The notes beneath the pieces were generated by a model that was given only the letters and a program-made list of their open reading frames with translations, had not been told where the DNA came from and did no database searches. The position numbers and the translations under genes were made by a program. This document shows positions 31,173 to 46,625 of a DNA stretch of 64,000 nucleotides, in pieces. Source of the DNA: Eledone cirrhosa. Lineage: Eukaryota. The DNA lies in NCBI GenBank assembly GCA_964016885.1, contig OZ024740.1:329406001-329470000 (forward strand), given 5' to 3'. The first letter of the stretch is position 1. Each line of letters starts with the position of its first letter.

Positions 31173-33165
31173 TTATTAAAATAATAGATTAAAGTTTAAG
31201 CAAAGAATCGCTGCATTCACCCTTAACGGGATCTTCTGAAACTAACAAAGTCGATCTGTGAACGCGGAAGTGAATATTTCAAAAAACGTTGCAACCGGAG
31301 GAAGACAGGAAGACGATACTTTGGTTCGTGGAAACGTTCCCTGGCAAAGAACGGGAAAAAACGAATATAATACGTCATTATTTGGAGCGGTGAAAAACAA
31401 TTACACGCAAAGACAAAACCACGTTTATGGTATAAAAGAGGTCGTAGACTAATATTTTATTAGATGGTACATAGAGACGTTTTCTGGGAATGAACGGAAA
31501 AAACGAAGATAATACGTCATATGTGGAGCGGGGAGAATAATAGCACGCAAAGATAAAACCACGTAAATGGTATAAGTGAAGTCGTAGACTAAAATTCTAA
31601 TTAGGAAACCGAATGATTCTCGGCTTCAGAGTTAAGAATAAAGTAAATAAAATACAGAGGTAATCGAAATTAAATAAATACATACACACATCCATAACGT
31701 ACATACATAAGCATACGCGAAAACACTCGCCATAGATATACAAATACACGCACGTACACAAAAAAAAAACAAAAAAAACAAAAAAAACAAAAAAAAACAA
31801 AAAAAAAGAAACCCGCACTTACATACAGAACCCACAGACGCAAAACTCCCGTATTCACATAAACAAAACTCCCGTATTCACATAACCAAAAGCATATGTA
31901 CCAGAATATATAATATATAACCCAAAACACGTACAATCAAATATAAATACGAGGAAGTATACGTACCTTAATAAAACATACAGGCAATATATACTTACCT
32001 ATACAAATAAGTAATGGTATAAACATAACATATACTTAGCTACCACACCAAGACGTAAAATATCCGCGTATAGTTCGTACTATCCTTTAGGGTATAATGT
32101 TGGGCTGTAATACAGGAAGGTTTTGTGCAATTTATGTTTACAAGCCGAAATTGTCTCAGATTTTTTGTTTAAGATGTTGTCTTTGGCGTAGAGTATTTTC
32201 AGTGCCTCAGCGGCGCAGAGGTCACATGGTCTTTTATTTCCGTTATACGATCTAGCCCTAGCTAGGATCTCACAGTGTAACTTATATTGGGTATGGTTAT
32301 CTTTTAGACTCCATATATAAGCTGAAAGTGACGTCATATTACTTCTTAGAGGGTAACGAAAAGAATGGGTATGCAAGTAAAGACGCTGCTTGAATTTATT
32401 GGCGGTTAACCCTATGTAGGCCCTACGGGACGTGGGTGTTTCAACCTTACATTTGTAGACAATGTTACTAGAGAGGCATTTCCCGGATAGGGAGCAATCA
32501 ATCCGATTCCTACAATTACAGTTAGTACTAACTACAGGGTTGCACGTGTTCCTACGGCTAGGTAGTTTAGATAAATTTGAAGCTGTAATGTTATGTGCAA
32601 GGTTAGGAGTCGTAGAGTAAGAAATTTTAATAGTATTACTATTAAAAATTTTACTATATTTAGGTGTAGGGGGAAAATGCTTCATAATAAGGGAGAGAAA
32701 GATCTTAGCTAATGGTGTGGCCACCTCCATATTATATGGTGGGTTATACCATATAATTCGTCGGGATCTATTTCTTCTAGGTCTATTCTCGTACTCTGTA
32801 TATGCTACCTTATCGACAAATCCACTCCGAGCAAGAGCTTCATTGTAATATGGGGAATGGTCGTTGAAAATAGCTCGTTAGTAGATAGACGGAAAAGCCT
32901 CAAAGAAACGTTTCTTACAAGGTTCTTGGTTATGCTGGCAGGATGGTTAGAAAGTTTACTTACGTTTTTTGAAATATTCACTTCCGCGTTCACAGATTGA
33001 CTTTGTTAGTTTCAGAAGATCCCGTTAAGGGTGAAGGCAGCGACTCTTTACTTAAACTTTAATCTGTTATTTTAATAAATATTTGCTCTACGCTTCTTAT
33101 ATATTTGATATATATTTATCCTTATCGAGCCCTCTTTGGATTTTAGTCTTCAAATTTATTATTAT
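31173..33165 (-). mobile_element. Same Naiad-like PLE (copy 2)
   Basis: Duplicate of 28945-30935. Confidence 0.9.
32080..32730 (-). CDS. PLE linker + GIY-YIG endonuclease (duplicate)
   Basis: Identical protein to 29851-30501. Confidence 0.85.
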   Translation of the reverse strand: MEVATPLAKIFLSLIMKHFPPTPKYSKIFNSNTIKISYSTTPNLAHNITASNLSKLPSRRNTCNPVVSTNCNCRNRIDCSLSGKCLSSNIVYKCKVETPTSRRAYIGLTANKFKQRLYLHTHSFRYPLRSNMTSLSAYIWSLKDNHTQYKLHCEILARARSYNGNKRPCDLCAAEALKILYAKDNILNKKSETISACKHKLHKTFLYYSPTLYPKG

Positions 33166-33211
33166 TACTATATATATATATACTACTGTATATATATATA
33201 CATTACTATAT

Positions 33212-33283
<72 letters not shown>

Positions 33284-33309
33284 ATATAGTAATGTATATA
33301 TATATACAG

Positions 33310-33382
<73 letters not shown>

Positions 33383-33538
33383 AAGAAAAAGAGATGAAAT
33401 CGAAAATGCAACTGGAGTCTTATTTTTTTTTATTTATTATTTTTTTTTTTAAATATATATATTTATTCGGTTCGTTTACCGGTTTCGCAGTTCTTCTGCT
33501 TTTCAAAGTTGAGATGGAGCGTCTGTGGTTTTTCTCAA

Positions 33539-33687
<149 letters not shown>

Positions 33688-34930
33688 TGAGAGAGAGCGT
33701 TATAATACATAGAAAGAGACCTGGTTGAAATATGTAGGGAGAGGGTTATTGGTTATCACGGAGCTGTTGGCTATTTATGAAGGTACCCGGAAGATCCCAG
33801 CAGCTCGGGAAACATTGTTCCGACTTACGCGAAACTTATTTTATTCCATTTGTATTCCATTTCAGGGGTAACATCCTTGCAGAGTTGTTATCCTGTTATG
33901 CGCCGTTTTGGCTGTATTACCTTACAGATCAGCATACAATCACATATTTTTAATAGTATGTAGATTGTAGACGAAAACCCAAGCGGGTTTGATTTTAAAT
34001 TTACTTTATAATTTCACAAACATGACGGACATTGAGTACCAAGTGAATATATATCCTGCCCGAATCATGGCATTATTTGACGTAGATTGCATCTCAATTC
34101 AAATTATTATTCTTTAGAGATATCCACGCCCTGGCATGTTGTACGGTAGGAGTAATGTATTTAAGATGGTTTGAACTGCTATTTATCATTCAAACTTTCT
34201 ATAACAATCCAAACTGGATTGAACAGAAATCCTATCTTTCATAAAGTTGACCACTGGAACGAGATTTATTGCTTCTGTCAGCTACATAGGTGGGCATCAA
34301 TTCCCCTATTCCTTACAATAACACCAGTGTACATTTATAAAATCTAGCCTTTATTTCGCAAACAAAGCAAGCAATGCCTACTAGATGACTTACGCATTAA
34401 AACATCTGACAGCATATACCAGAGTCGGTTCGGACATCCACGTGTAACTTTGCACGAGAAGAAAACATCAATATGCATACAAGCAGCCATAATACTGACA
34501 GTGGATTCGGAATAAAGTTGAGTTGAAATGTCTTTCAATAACAGCTGCACATTCTTATTCTATTCTAGAAAACAATAATATTTTGTTCTTCATAAGGAGA
34601 TTGTCATTTAAACATTTTCTAGAGATAAGTTAGAAAATTAGCATACTGCAAAACATGACAGTCTTCAAAATGCAAGTAGCGAAAAGCTTTACTTGCTATT
34701 TAAAATCCATTGAAATCTGAAACTTATAGCGAAAGAGAAAATGAATAATATACATATAAATAGCCACGCATAAACACACGGACCAACACATGAATTCACA
34801 AACCCACACATAAGAGAACATACACATAAACACGAACACACTTGCTCACGCTCATATCACACACGCACACGGAAAATATACATACATGCATATACATAAG
34901 AAAATGTATATATAGTAAGAAATTGTTGCC

Positions 34931-34974
<44 letters not shown>

Positions 34975-35088
34975 TTATATACATATATATACACACACAT
35001 ATACATATATTTATACAAATATATATATATATGGTCCAGAATTAGCCGTCGAAACGGCTTGAGCTCAGCCGTCGCGGTCCTACTCGTT

Positions 35089-35162
<74 letters not shown>

Positions 35163-35166
<4 letters not shown>

Positions 35167-37568
35167 TGACACAAGAGAAGTAACACCACAAGAGCATGAG
35201 GATAGGGAGAAAACCCTCAATGCCCATATGATGATGGGGACAAACATAATGCAGCCCAATAAATGGACTGCCAGCAAGTTTCAGGCCTGAACAATGACGT
35301 GCCAGCTTCGAAAATACCATAAAACGAGCAGTGATCCTGTCACAGGACCACCAACACGGCCAGTTTGTGGAGCTAACATTGCTAGAAACTACAAACTTCC
35401 CTACTTCCTCTCCCTGATCATACGCCCCGTCATTGAAATGTCCCCAGATATATGTGACAGCACGGAGCACCTCCTCAGCAGAATCAGCGAAAGTAACCGA
35501 TCTAGGGACATAACAAACTGTATAATAGGTAGTATGGATGTTGTGTTCCTATATCCATCCATTGACGTGAATTTTGCTGTGGAGAAATGAGTAGAAATGA
35601 ACAGTGAGAGCAATGTTGAATTCCATGGGATTGATACCAGTGAGCTGGGACTCCTACTTAAACTTATCTATAGTAATGATTACCTAGATACATATGACCT
35701 TAGCAACCTGTGCCCTACAAGACCAGCAAGTGGCAGACAACCTAGCATTACCTACAATGGCCAAGAAAACCCAGACAGATAGATGGAACGGGTGGACCAG
35801 AACCATACGGACCACTTAAAACTACGATGAACTAAAGAAAATGATTGCAAATGCGGTGGGGGCCAGTATAAAATTAACCCTTAAGGAATATATGTTCAAA
35901 TTTAATGGACAAATATATGCCCAAGTGGAGGGAGCAGCCATTGGTGTTAGCATTGCAAGTGACATAGCTAACCTATGCATAGTATGGTGGGACAATAAAC
36001 TTAAACTTAAACTTAAAGAACAATTAGAAGACAGCAACCTCTTAACCCTGATAATGTATTTCCGCTACGTTGATGATATAAACATCGTAGTAAAAACACC
36101 CCCACTAGAGGACAGTCAGGAATTAGAGAAAAACACCATGGAAAGCATCCAGCAAATAGCTAACTCCATCCTTATTAGAGTTACTATAGACTACCCAAGA
36201 AAACATCCCAACCATTGATTACCTGTACTAGACACAGAGCTCTGGTTAGAAACCATTAATCACAAAAAAACTATCCTCCATTCCCATTATGCCAAAACCA
36301 TGACTTCCAAATATCTGATCCACCGAAACTCAGCTGTTTCGGATCACACCAAAATCAACATACTAATTGCGGATTTGGTACGGGTGATGAGAAACGTGTC
36401 CCGCATGTGCTACCCCAAAGAACTAGAGAGACACATACAACACTTCATCCACCTTATGCAGTTCTCTGGTTACAATCAGAGAGATAAAATCAAAATATAT
36501 AGAGGAGCCAAAACCAAATGGGGAAAATGGTAAAGAATGATACAAATGGGACCTGCCCCTTGTATAGGAGCAAATTTTGGAATAGAATAGAATGAACTAG
36601 GAATAATGTTAATAGAATAAACTCATGGTAAGATAGCAATAAATACCAGAGTGTAATGCTCATCAATACAGACCCTAGAGCTAAATTAGCTTACCAATTT
36701 AGAAAGGCCCTAGATAAATATAAACTTAATATAAAGATAGTAGAAAGACCAGGTACCTCCATAAAAACACTTATTAGTAATACATACCCTTTTCAAGGAC
36801 CTCCCTGTATAGATAAGAAATGCATAATCTGTAAACTAAGCTCCCATATTAACTGTAAAACTAGAAATGTAGCATATAGCATAAGATGTACTGAAGGACA
36901 ATGTAAAAATAAGAATATATTGTACATAGGTGAGACAGCTCGTATTATAGGAGAACGGTTAAAAGAACACTGGCGACAACTTCAAGATAAAAAAGAATCA
37001 TAAATACTCCACCAACATGCTAAAATAGAACATAAGGGCAAATTAGAGAACATAGAAATAAAAATGGAATCTACACACAGAAAAGACGCAATGTTTAGAC
37101 AAATCACAGAGGCAATAAACATAAATGAACTCCAGCCAAAATTAAATAGAAAACATGAATGGAATAGCAACATCACAACTTACAATTAAGGACAAAATGA
37201 AAACACACACATAGAACAAACAACCAACCAGTAACATGTAAATAAACAAATAAATAAACAAATATAAACACATACAAACACCCGGATGTAATACATGTGC
37301 AAACTAAGCACGCAACACACACCACAAGATGGCGTAGGAGAGAACAAAGGAGAGGCACAAAAACAAAGAAAAGAATTCCAGTCACTGAAGAGGTCACAGA
37401 ATGTGTGACGAAAGAACTTTGACAATATATGAACAACCGTCCGGTTGTGGAACCAACCAACCAACCGGAAATTTATAAATTAAATTTATAAATTTTATTT
37501 ATAATAAATTGGAGTGAAAGCAACTCCTGCGTGTGTTCCTTATTGGCAACATGACCCTCCCAAAGCAT

Positions 37569-37570
<2 letters not shown>
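35163..37570 (+). mobile_element. Decayed PLE with RT + GIY-YIG (clade tentatively Nematis-like)
   Basis: RPVCGA, IGSMDVVFLYPSID, YAQVEGAAIG, YFRYVDD, PVLD, CIDKKCIIC, NVAYSIRC...YIGETAR..ER..EH; multiple stops and frameshifts. Confidence 0.9.
37381..37423 (+). ncRNA. Minimal hammerhead ribozyme in the PLE 3' UTR
   Basis: GTCA-CTGAAGA-G-GTCACA(GAATG)TGTGAC-GAAA-GAAC-TT-TGAC. Confidence 0.8.
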
Positions 37571-37609
<39 letters not shown>

Positions 37610-37653
37610 TGTATATATATACGTATATGTGTGTGTATGTATATGTATATAAG

Positions 37654-37707
<54 letters not shown>

Positions 37708-38907
37708 TAAATTATCGAATATCGCATTTCGGCCCACGAAATAACGAAAAACAACCTCCGAGATGTGTGGCAAGTGCTCAATGATTCAGATGAACCAGAG
37801 CTATAACAAACGTTAAAGGCCAAACACACTGAGACGATGGTTAAACAATCATTCGCATAGCCAAAAAAAAAACGATCAAGTAATTCGGGTCAACAGATAA
37901 AAAATATCTGTGATTGAAAATATACCCGGACCCCTGGAAGGTTGGTAAAATAGAGCATTTGGGTTTCTGCATCTTCTAAATCAAATACTGTCCGCTTACA
38001 TAAATAATGTTAGGCTTTTGGTAAGATGATTGAACAAGGAAGCCACTTTCTCAACAGGTTTTAGTTCAATGTTAATAGAAGGACTGACTATTACTGACCC
38101 CACGTCGGGATCGGCAAGGAAGGCAACCCCTATATGAGGCGAATGAATTCAGTTGTGTGTGTTATTGCAAGAATGCAAAGACATCACAAATCGAATAGAG
38201 TTTTCAACAGAAGGGTTAAAATTAACATAAGCTATTCATCAGTCAATAGAATCAACTAAAATATATATATACATATGTACACATACATTCACAAACAAAG
38301 TGTATCTATATAATGTAATTAGCCCCAATAAAATATACTTTTTCTAGATGAGAGATAGTGTTGATCGAATGAACCGACAGTGAATCTCATTCAATTACAT
38401 TTATTGAACCATACATGTATAAATGTGTTGCGAGTACTGGTGTTACTTTAAAAGATCGGACATACGAAGAAAATAAATATTGAAAAATCTTATCCTGAAA
38501 CGAAGATAGTCATTCCATTCTGAAGAAATATATTGACGACAATCTAGCTCATGTAAAGATCGTTTGCTGTTTATCTCAACATACACCATTTTGATATAAG
38601 ATTAGTTCAGATCTCGTAAATATCATGTACATCACCTTCAAGACAGCATCGGTTGCACCAGAAAAGTTAAATCACCCAACGAAGTAATACAGTCATGCAG
38701 CGGTCTTGATTGAGCGTAAGTTTACTTCAACTTTTAGAACTTACAAAAAACTGTATAAAGAATGATTGGTATTATTTGACGGAGTGCGAAACACGACCTT
38801 AAAACCATATAGAGCAGAAACATAAAATATGGTGCGAAAACATTTCATGCATATTTGATGCGACGCACACACACACGCCGCACACCTTCCACGCCAATAC
38901 ACACAGA

Positions 38908-38944
<37 letters not shown>

Positions 38945-38976
38945 CCCGTAAGCGGTTGACAGTTGAGCGAAAAGTG

Positions 38977-39063
<87 letters not shown>

Positions 39064-40794
39064 CGTGTGTGTGTGTGTGTTGTTGTTGTTGTGCGTGCTT
39101 ATGAATGTATAAATATTGACTGAATCCACAGTCACCGATGTTGATACCACCTACTACCTGGCTGTGTGTGTCAGTCCTATTCAAGATTAGTATGAACATG
39201 TGTTAAGAAAATACGCACCCTTACTGCAGTCCGAACCAACATCGAATCCCTTCTACAAAACAACAGTTGTCCCAACACAAATATCAGAATACGCAGACGT
39301 TAGCTCAACGGTATGTTAACCGTCAAATCCACACTCGGAAGAAAAGGTCCTCGAAATTTCCTGTGGAACACTGACATATTCTTTTACAAGGTCCACGAAA
39401 CAAGAATACGCATCTTGGTAATCCTTCCAATAAAGGAAGTTAATATTAGGTTAACTGTACTACACATGGCGCAAACGTTTTTGCCACTTGACATGGTTCG
39501 ACAATATCCAAACATTTCTTTGCTAAACCACTTAGTATACATTCTACTTGGTATGTTGGTGGTGCTTTAAAATTAGTTTCTACTATAATTACAGCAACCT
39601 TCTTTGAAAACTAGTATTATCATTTCCAACTGTTATTGTCTTTCCATTTATAGAGGCCACGCGGCGGATACGAGTCAGCCAGTGCAAATCTCCATTTCAA
39701 ACTTTTAACATCTCAGGTCGAAGTTCCCTCTCCCTAACCACATTGCCACACCTGAGCGCTTTAATTGATTTGGTGAACTGAGACTCCAAGAGGATAGTCT
39801 TAGCACTAAGACAAACCTCATGAACATCAGTACATATTGTTATGACCGGATTTAGAAGAACAAAGTATTTACTCTCTTTGGGAAGCCGCACATTTTTTCA
39901 GGGAGAGGAACACTCGATGATTTCCTGATGGCTCAAGTGGAGGCGCACTTTTTATTACGAATTCTGTGGATGTTCTGTGACTATATTTTATTTGTTGATT
40001 CCAGCTTAAGATCAACGGCTTCCTATGTGTTAATTAACCTTGGGCGACTGTGTTGCTTTTGCTACGAATTTCCTCGCCTTCTGATACCACCAGTCCTAGA
40101 ATGAGTTTCGTTTATCTGAGTATCGAAACTGAATCAGGATTTTGGCTCAACATATTCTTACCGTATTTATGGTATTATCTGCTTAGCTTCACTATCGTCA
40201 CCGTCAATGTAACTATATATCAAAAGAAAACAATCGCATTGTCATTAATATTATTAATCTTTTTGTCAATTCTATTTCTTGCTTACTTGTTTTTGTGTCT
40301 GCTTTGGTATCTGAAAATATTGAAGATAAGAATTTCAAATTGTTTTCATCAAGGATTATCAGTATATACACATGCCACATTTCTGTTTGTCAAAATTTAC
40401 TTTCTTAGTAAGTTATTGATACTTATTCGATAATGTATTACTGAATGAAATTACTTAAGTTATCTTCTGCGACGGAGGACAATAGCAGAATCGCACCATA
40501 TACCTATTCCAAAGAAAGAATATTTATTTCATATGATAGTGTCTAAAAACGTAAATAACTTCAATAGGTATTACAATATGTTCAAATAAAAACAAAATAT
40601 GGCCAAACTCTTACGTTTTGCTTACATTAGAATTATGCTATATTTCTGTTCGAAATGTATGGTAATATGAGCAGGAACTGTTGCGTCTTAATCGCAATGT
40701 AAATCTGGTCAATTGCATTACAGTCGTTAACAATCTGTCTTTTTAGGGGTACGTATATAGTCTAATATGTGGTATAATTAATAGGTTTGTTTTT

Positions 40795-40915
40795 TCGGAG
40801 ATCAGAGAGTCACTAGAAGTAGAGTCGCCACTTCTCCGAATTGGGAGATCCCACATCCGATACTATGGGCATGTGGTTAGAACTTCTCAGGAAAGAATCG
40901 CTGGACAGATTTTAT
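40795..40915 (+). mobile_element. Small RTE LINE fragment
   Basis: SEIRESLEVESPLLRIGRSHIRYYGHVVR, homologous to 7440-7560. Confidence 0.7.
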
Positions 40916-41439
40916 ATTTTCCGGCACGTCCATTAATCCAATTGCCTTGCTTGTTCGCACCGTATGTTTGCACGCGTACGGAAATATTGTGTACATAAGA
41001 AAAGCAAATAGTTCGATATATAATTCTTTTATAACTTACATGGTGAATTCGGCTGTATCTATATTAATGCTAATTTTGTTTCAACCTCTATATCAGAATT
41101 ATTGAAATATCTAATATCTGGTTTGTATTTTCTGTCAGTTTGGACAGTTCGTCCATCATATACTCATTGATATATCTTTTACACATCTTAAATAAACACT
41201 CTCATATATCGTAATGCACTATCGCCAGTAATCCAGTAATTTTGTTGAGTGTAGCTGTTTCTACAGGAAAGCTAAAATAATAATAAATGCAATTCATCGA
41301 GATGTTTAAATGGGACTTCTAACTTTGACAACGGTATAGGTTTCTTTTTCCAATCAAATTTTAGCAAATATTTATATATAAAATTCGACATAATTACCAA
41401 TATCTAAAGCATTCATATTATTGATAAAAATGAGTCAAC

Positions 41440-42088
41440 TTATTCAATCTAACACTAAACATAGATTCAATTAGATCCCACTGGTAGCGATAAATTGCTT
41501 TCTGTTGATTAACTGATGCTAACATATTTTTAATGTTTTGTCTTGAAGAAAGCGCTGTGTTCGACACCAAGTTGAGTGTTTTCAGAGACAGTTACAATTT
41601 CACCACTCCCAAAGAACCATAGATAGGAAAGGATTACCAGACTGTTGATGATCTTGAGAGAATGTATTTGTTAGTAATAGCTGTCCATTAGTGGAATCGT
41701 ATGGGAAGAACTGAGATGAGTCAATCCAGATCTCTGGAGAAAGGGCCTGAGTAAATTCTATAAAAATATCGGCGTAAAGAGAAAGCACATATGAGTTTGA
41801 AAGCAAGGATTCTGATATCCAAATTTACGTTACGTGTAAACCTCAACTCAACATATATTGATGTGTTGGCTTCCAGACTTACAGAGATTATTTCTGTCAT
41901 TCGCCACTACAAATATGTAAATATCGATTTCCGTGAACCGGAGAGATATAGAAACTAGCGATATTGTTATAGTCTATAACTGAAATAGTTAACTGCGATT
42001 TGTCTAATGTGTTATAGATTCAGATCTTTCGAGGCGTTCCAATTACAGCAAAGAAAAATCCTAGAAATAATAGCACGGAAAGCATGAC

Positions 42089-42146
<58 letters not shown>

Positions 42147-42191
42147 TTATATATATATATAAAAATATATGTATATATATATATATATATG

Positions 42192-42265
<74 letters not shown>

Positions 42266-43018
42266 CATATTTATTAAAATAACAGCTTAAAGTTTAAGCA
42301 AATAATCGCTGCTTTCACCCTTAACGGGATCTTCTGAAACTTATTATTTTATATATATATATATATAATATTGTCATGCTTTCCGTGCTGTTATTTCTGG
42401 GATTTTTATCTGTTGTAAATGGAACGCCTCGAAGATCTGAATCTATAACATATTAGACAAATCCCAGTTAACTATTTCAGTTATAGGCTATAACAATATC
42501 CTCAGGTTCTATATCTCTCCGCTTCACGGAAATCGATATTTACATATTTGTAGTGGCGAATGACAGAAATAATCTATGTAAGTCTGGAAGCCAACACATC
42601 AATATATATCGAGTTGAGGTTTACACGTAACGTAAAATAGATATCAGAATCCTTGCTTTCAAACTCATATGTGTTTTCTCTTTACGCCGATATTTTTATA
42701 GAATTTACACAGGCCCTTTCTCCAGAGATCTGGATTGTCTCATATCAGTTCTTCCCAGAACGATTCCGCTAATGGACAGCTATTACTAACAAATAGATTC
42801 TCTCAAGATCATCAATTGTCTGCTAATTCTTTCCTATCTATGGGAGTGGTGAAATTGTAACTGTCTCTGAAAACACTCAACTTGATGTCGAATCCATGGA
42901 CACAGCGCTTTCCTCAAGGACAAAACATTAAAAATATATTAGCATCAGTGAATCAACAGAAAGCAATTTATCGCTACCAGTGGGATCTAATTGAATCTTT
43001 GTTTAGTGTCAGATTGAA
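41440..43018. repeat. ~650 bp inverted duplication around a (TA)n + HHR-fragment spacer
   Basis: 41440-42095 is the diverged reverse complement of 42365-43018. Confidence 0.9.
42291..42341 (-). ncRNA. Hammerhead-like motif with U4A core, family of the 29-33 kb PLE
   Basis: AGTTT-CAGAAGA-TCCC(GTTAA)GGGT-GAAA-GCAG...TTGC-TT-AAACT. Other copies: 28965-29015(-), 30779-30829(+), 31193-31243(-), 33008-33058(+), 55892-55942(+), 60750-60800(-). Confidence 0.65.
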
Positions 43019-43029
43019 TATATATATAT

Positions 43030-43146
43030 ATAAGTTGTAATAAAATGAAAACGAAATTTCATTTCTCACTCTTATTACGGCACTTACTTAAATGTAAGTA
43101 TGTATGTATACGTACATACATATATGTATACAGACGTACAGTAGCA

Positions 43147-43184
<38 letters not shown>

Positions 43185-43612
43185 CAGGTACACATACATA
43201 TATGTACGTATCAGTTTAGCGGACGTTTATTATAACGCCCGCTTTTTCCGTTCGTAAACAAACTGACAGCCTGATTTATGCCGTACGGTGTTAAGGCAAC
43301 CACGTCACCTTTTTGTTCAACACTGACACAGGAACGATGTACTAGTTTCAAGCTTGTTAGCTATCATCAGCACCGTATACCCTTCTGCCAGATGGTTGAA
43401 CGTTCGAAAGTATATACTTTCCTTATGAAAATTAACGGCTGAGCAGCCTAATTTGCATATCGAGTGAGTTCAGTCGGCCAGGCGCAACGAAAACGATAAG
43501 TTGTAATAAAATGAAAACGAAATTTCATTTCTCACTCTTAGTACGGCACTTACTTAAATGTAAGTATGTATGTATACATACATACATATATGTATACAGA
43601 CGTACAGTAGCA

Positions 43613-43660
<48 letters not shown>

Positions 43661-43947
43661 CATACAGGTACAGATACATATATGTACGTATCAGTTTAGC
43701 GGACATTTATTATAACGCCCGCTTTGTCCGTTCAACCATCTGGCAGAAGGGTATACGGTGCTGATGATAGCTAACAAGCTTGAAACTAGTACATCGTTCC
43801 TGTGTCAGTGTTGAACAAAAAGGTGACGTGGTTGCCTTAACACCGTACGGCATAAATTCAGGCTGTCAGTTCGTTTACAAACGGACAAAGCGGGCGTTAT
43901 TATAAACGTCCGCTAAACTGATACGTACATATATGTATGTGTACCTG

Positions 43948-44003
<56 letters not shown>

Positions 44004-44053
44004 TGCTACTGTACGTCTGTATACATATATGTATGTACGTATACATACATACT

Positions 44054-44057
<4 letters not shown>
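43030..44057. mobile_element. ORF-less hammerhead repeat (retrozyme-like), array 1: minus copies then an inverted plus copy
   Basis: ~465 bp period (43035 and 43501). HHRs at 43334-43376(-) and 43755-43797(+). Confidence 0.75.
43755..43797 (+). ncRNA. Type I hammerhead ribozyme with canonical core
   Basis: ACGGTG-CTGATGA-TAGCT(AACA)AGCTT-GAAA-CTAG-TA-CATCGT. Confidence 0.85.
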
Positions 44058-44124
<67 letters not shown>

Positions 44125-46546
44125 AAATATATATACATATATATATATTTGTTATATCATGTGTTTCATTCCATAAATAGAACCTTATGATGATAGAAAA
44201 TAAACGAGTTACTTTTGCTGACACCATTTTCGATTTAAAAAATATTCTATGTAACTGAATTGAAATTACGTGCATAAAACGTTAATCGTATTGCATTCTC
44301 TAGTCATTACTAGAAGCATGTTTCTTGCATTTTTGTACGCACAAAGGACAATGATTGTAATGCGATGGATCTTAAGTTTGTTTAACTGTGTTTTCTGTTG
44401 GAAGGTAAGAGTTACAATTGTCTTAAATATCTACGTAAGGATGATGACTTGCAAAGTCATTATTTTAACAGATCTAGTAAATGATGTTGTGTCACATTTA
44501 ATCAGAATTGACAATTTATTCTACATAAGTTTATATACTTTGACTTAAGACAAAAATATAGATTATGACGATAATATATTCGATTAAATATATTAAATAT
44601 AAGAGAAATCGCCCCGAAATTGAATCGTTCACCATACTCCAGACTGCGGTTTGCTGGTCGTAGCATTTTTGAAGACTTTACTGTGTTGAAATTTATTTCT
44701 ATTTGCTATTTAAAATGTTAATTGTAAGTAGGTGAGATATACTTGGTCGATATAATTTAGTCCTGCATGATATTGATACATATTCTATATCAAACATTTA
44801 ATCCACAATGTTCGTCCGACAGGATTTGAAACCGAATCGTTCAAAGAGTCAAATATAATGATGATATTTAATGTTTTGCCAACGTCCTCCTGTGTATTTT
44901 ACAAATATAACCACACTAAAATATCTGACATCACAAGCGGTCTCCGTGCACTAAATTATAAACAAAAATGAAATATAGCTTTGCAACAATGCGTCAATAT
45001 TGTATTACTTAGTAGAACAATAATAACAACAAATAGAGAGTTCACTTTTTAAGAAACATACTTCCCAACTGTTTGTTTGAATAACAAGAAAGAAATGACA
45101 ATAAAATACGTGGATAAATCAATAACGAAACACATTAAGTAAAAATATAGTGATAATGCGTTACAAAGGAAATTTTCCTGTGTAATAAAATTTTTGAAGA
45201 TAGATTATTTCCGTACAATTCTGTTTTTAGTTGCATACTATACTTAAATTACCATTTTTACAACTTGAGGTTTTGACTAACAAAGAGATCTCAGAACAAA
45301 ACGAGAAAGTATATTTCTTTAAAACAATATATGAAATCTGAATGAGACATTGGTCTGCTGGCTTGTATACTGATTTCTAACGCTCGCAGATTGGCTTGAA
45401 TATATAGAATGAGTGTTACGTTTTTCTTTTCTTTTCAAAAGAATATATCGGTATGATGTGAATTATCTGTTGTCTAGTAGACCTGCACTTCGTGTAACAG
45501 CCAAGTGACAGTTTGACATATATCATTAAGACAGTATATATTTTGAATCATCATTTCAAATACATATGTCCATAATGCCAGCATTTAATTTCAATTTGAT
45601 TAATGTTAAATACGTGACAATGACACCTCTCCTATTTCAATTGAATGCGGCTTTCTCAAAGCAACGTTATACATTTCCAACGGTAAGATACACTAAACCG
45701 ATTGTATATGGCCTTCTACTAAAAACAGTAGAAGCTTGAGTTCTAATAAAGCAGACCTGATTTTACTATTCCTAAGATAGTTCAATATCTTTTCCAAAAA
45801 CTCCATTAATTTTCATTGATATGACACATTTTGTATGTAGAAATGGCTGGTGATAGTGATAATGGGAATGTTGTTTGTGATGGAGGTGACTACATATGAT
45901 ATTGGTAATGATTGAGAAGATGATAATGATTGATCACTTTCATAGCTGTCTACATTCTGTCATCACAGGTGTTTCTGTCTCCAACACTAACACCACTTTC
46001 ACCACCACAACCGTCATCCTTATCAGCATAATCATCACCATCATCAACAACATCATCATTTTCATTACTATGATCTATGCATGGATATGATCGTCGTATA
46101 ACCGAAAAGAATAACAAAAAGTAGCCTAATAACATTGGAAATGTCACCAGATAAAAACATATGATACTGGCAAGTTTCGAAGAAAGACAGAGATAAAGGA
46201 AACTTTACAGAGAAATTGGACAAAATATGCATCGAAGCAATTATATAAGGAGCCGTAAAATTTAGAACTACAGTGAATGTTGAAACACAACAGAAAAACA
46301 AGTCAAGAAGCGAAAGAAGGATAAGTAGGAGTGGGTGAAAAATAAAACCAACAGCTAAACAAATAATTATATGAGAATACGTCATTATGACGAAGAACAT
46401 AAAATACTATTTGCAAATGTTTATCCTGTCTAGGTCTCTGACGGGTAATATTCAGATAGTTGCACAATAACAAACAATTATATCTCATGACTTTCGAACC
46501 AAGATAGTTTTTTCGATATTAGTAAAAAAAATAAAAATAAATAGAT

Positions 46547-46625
<79 letters not shown>

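Noticed and set aside
35580-35600. In-frame TGA (AVEK*VEM) as possible selenocysteine, given selenoprotein-encoding Naiad PLEs; also TGA at ~57770
   Set aside because: Both elements also contain TAG/TAA stops and frameshifts. The intact Naiad-like ORF uses ordinary Cys codons, and no SECIS was recognised.
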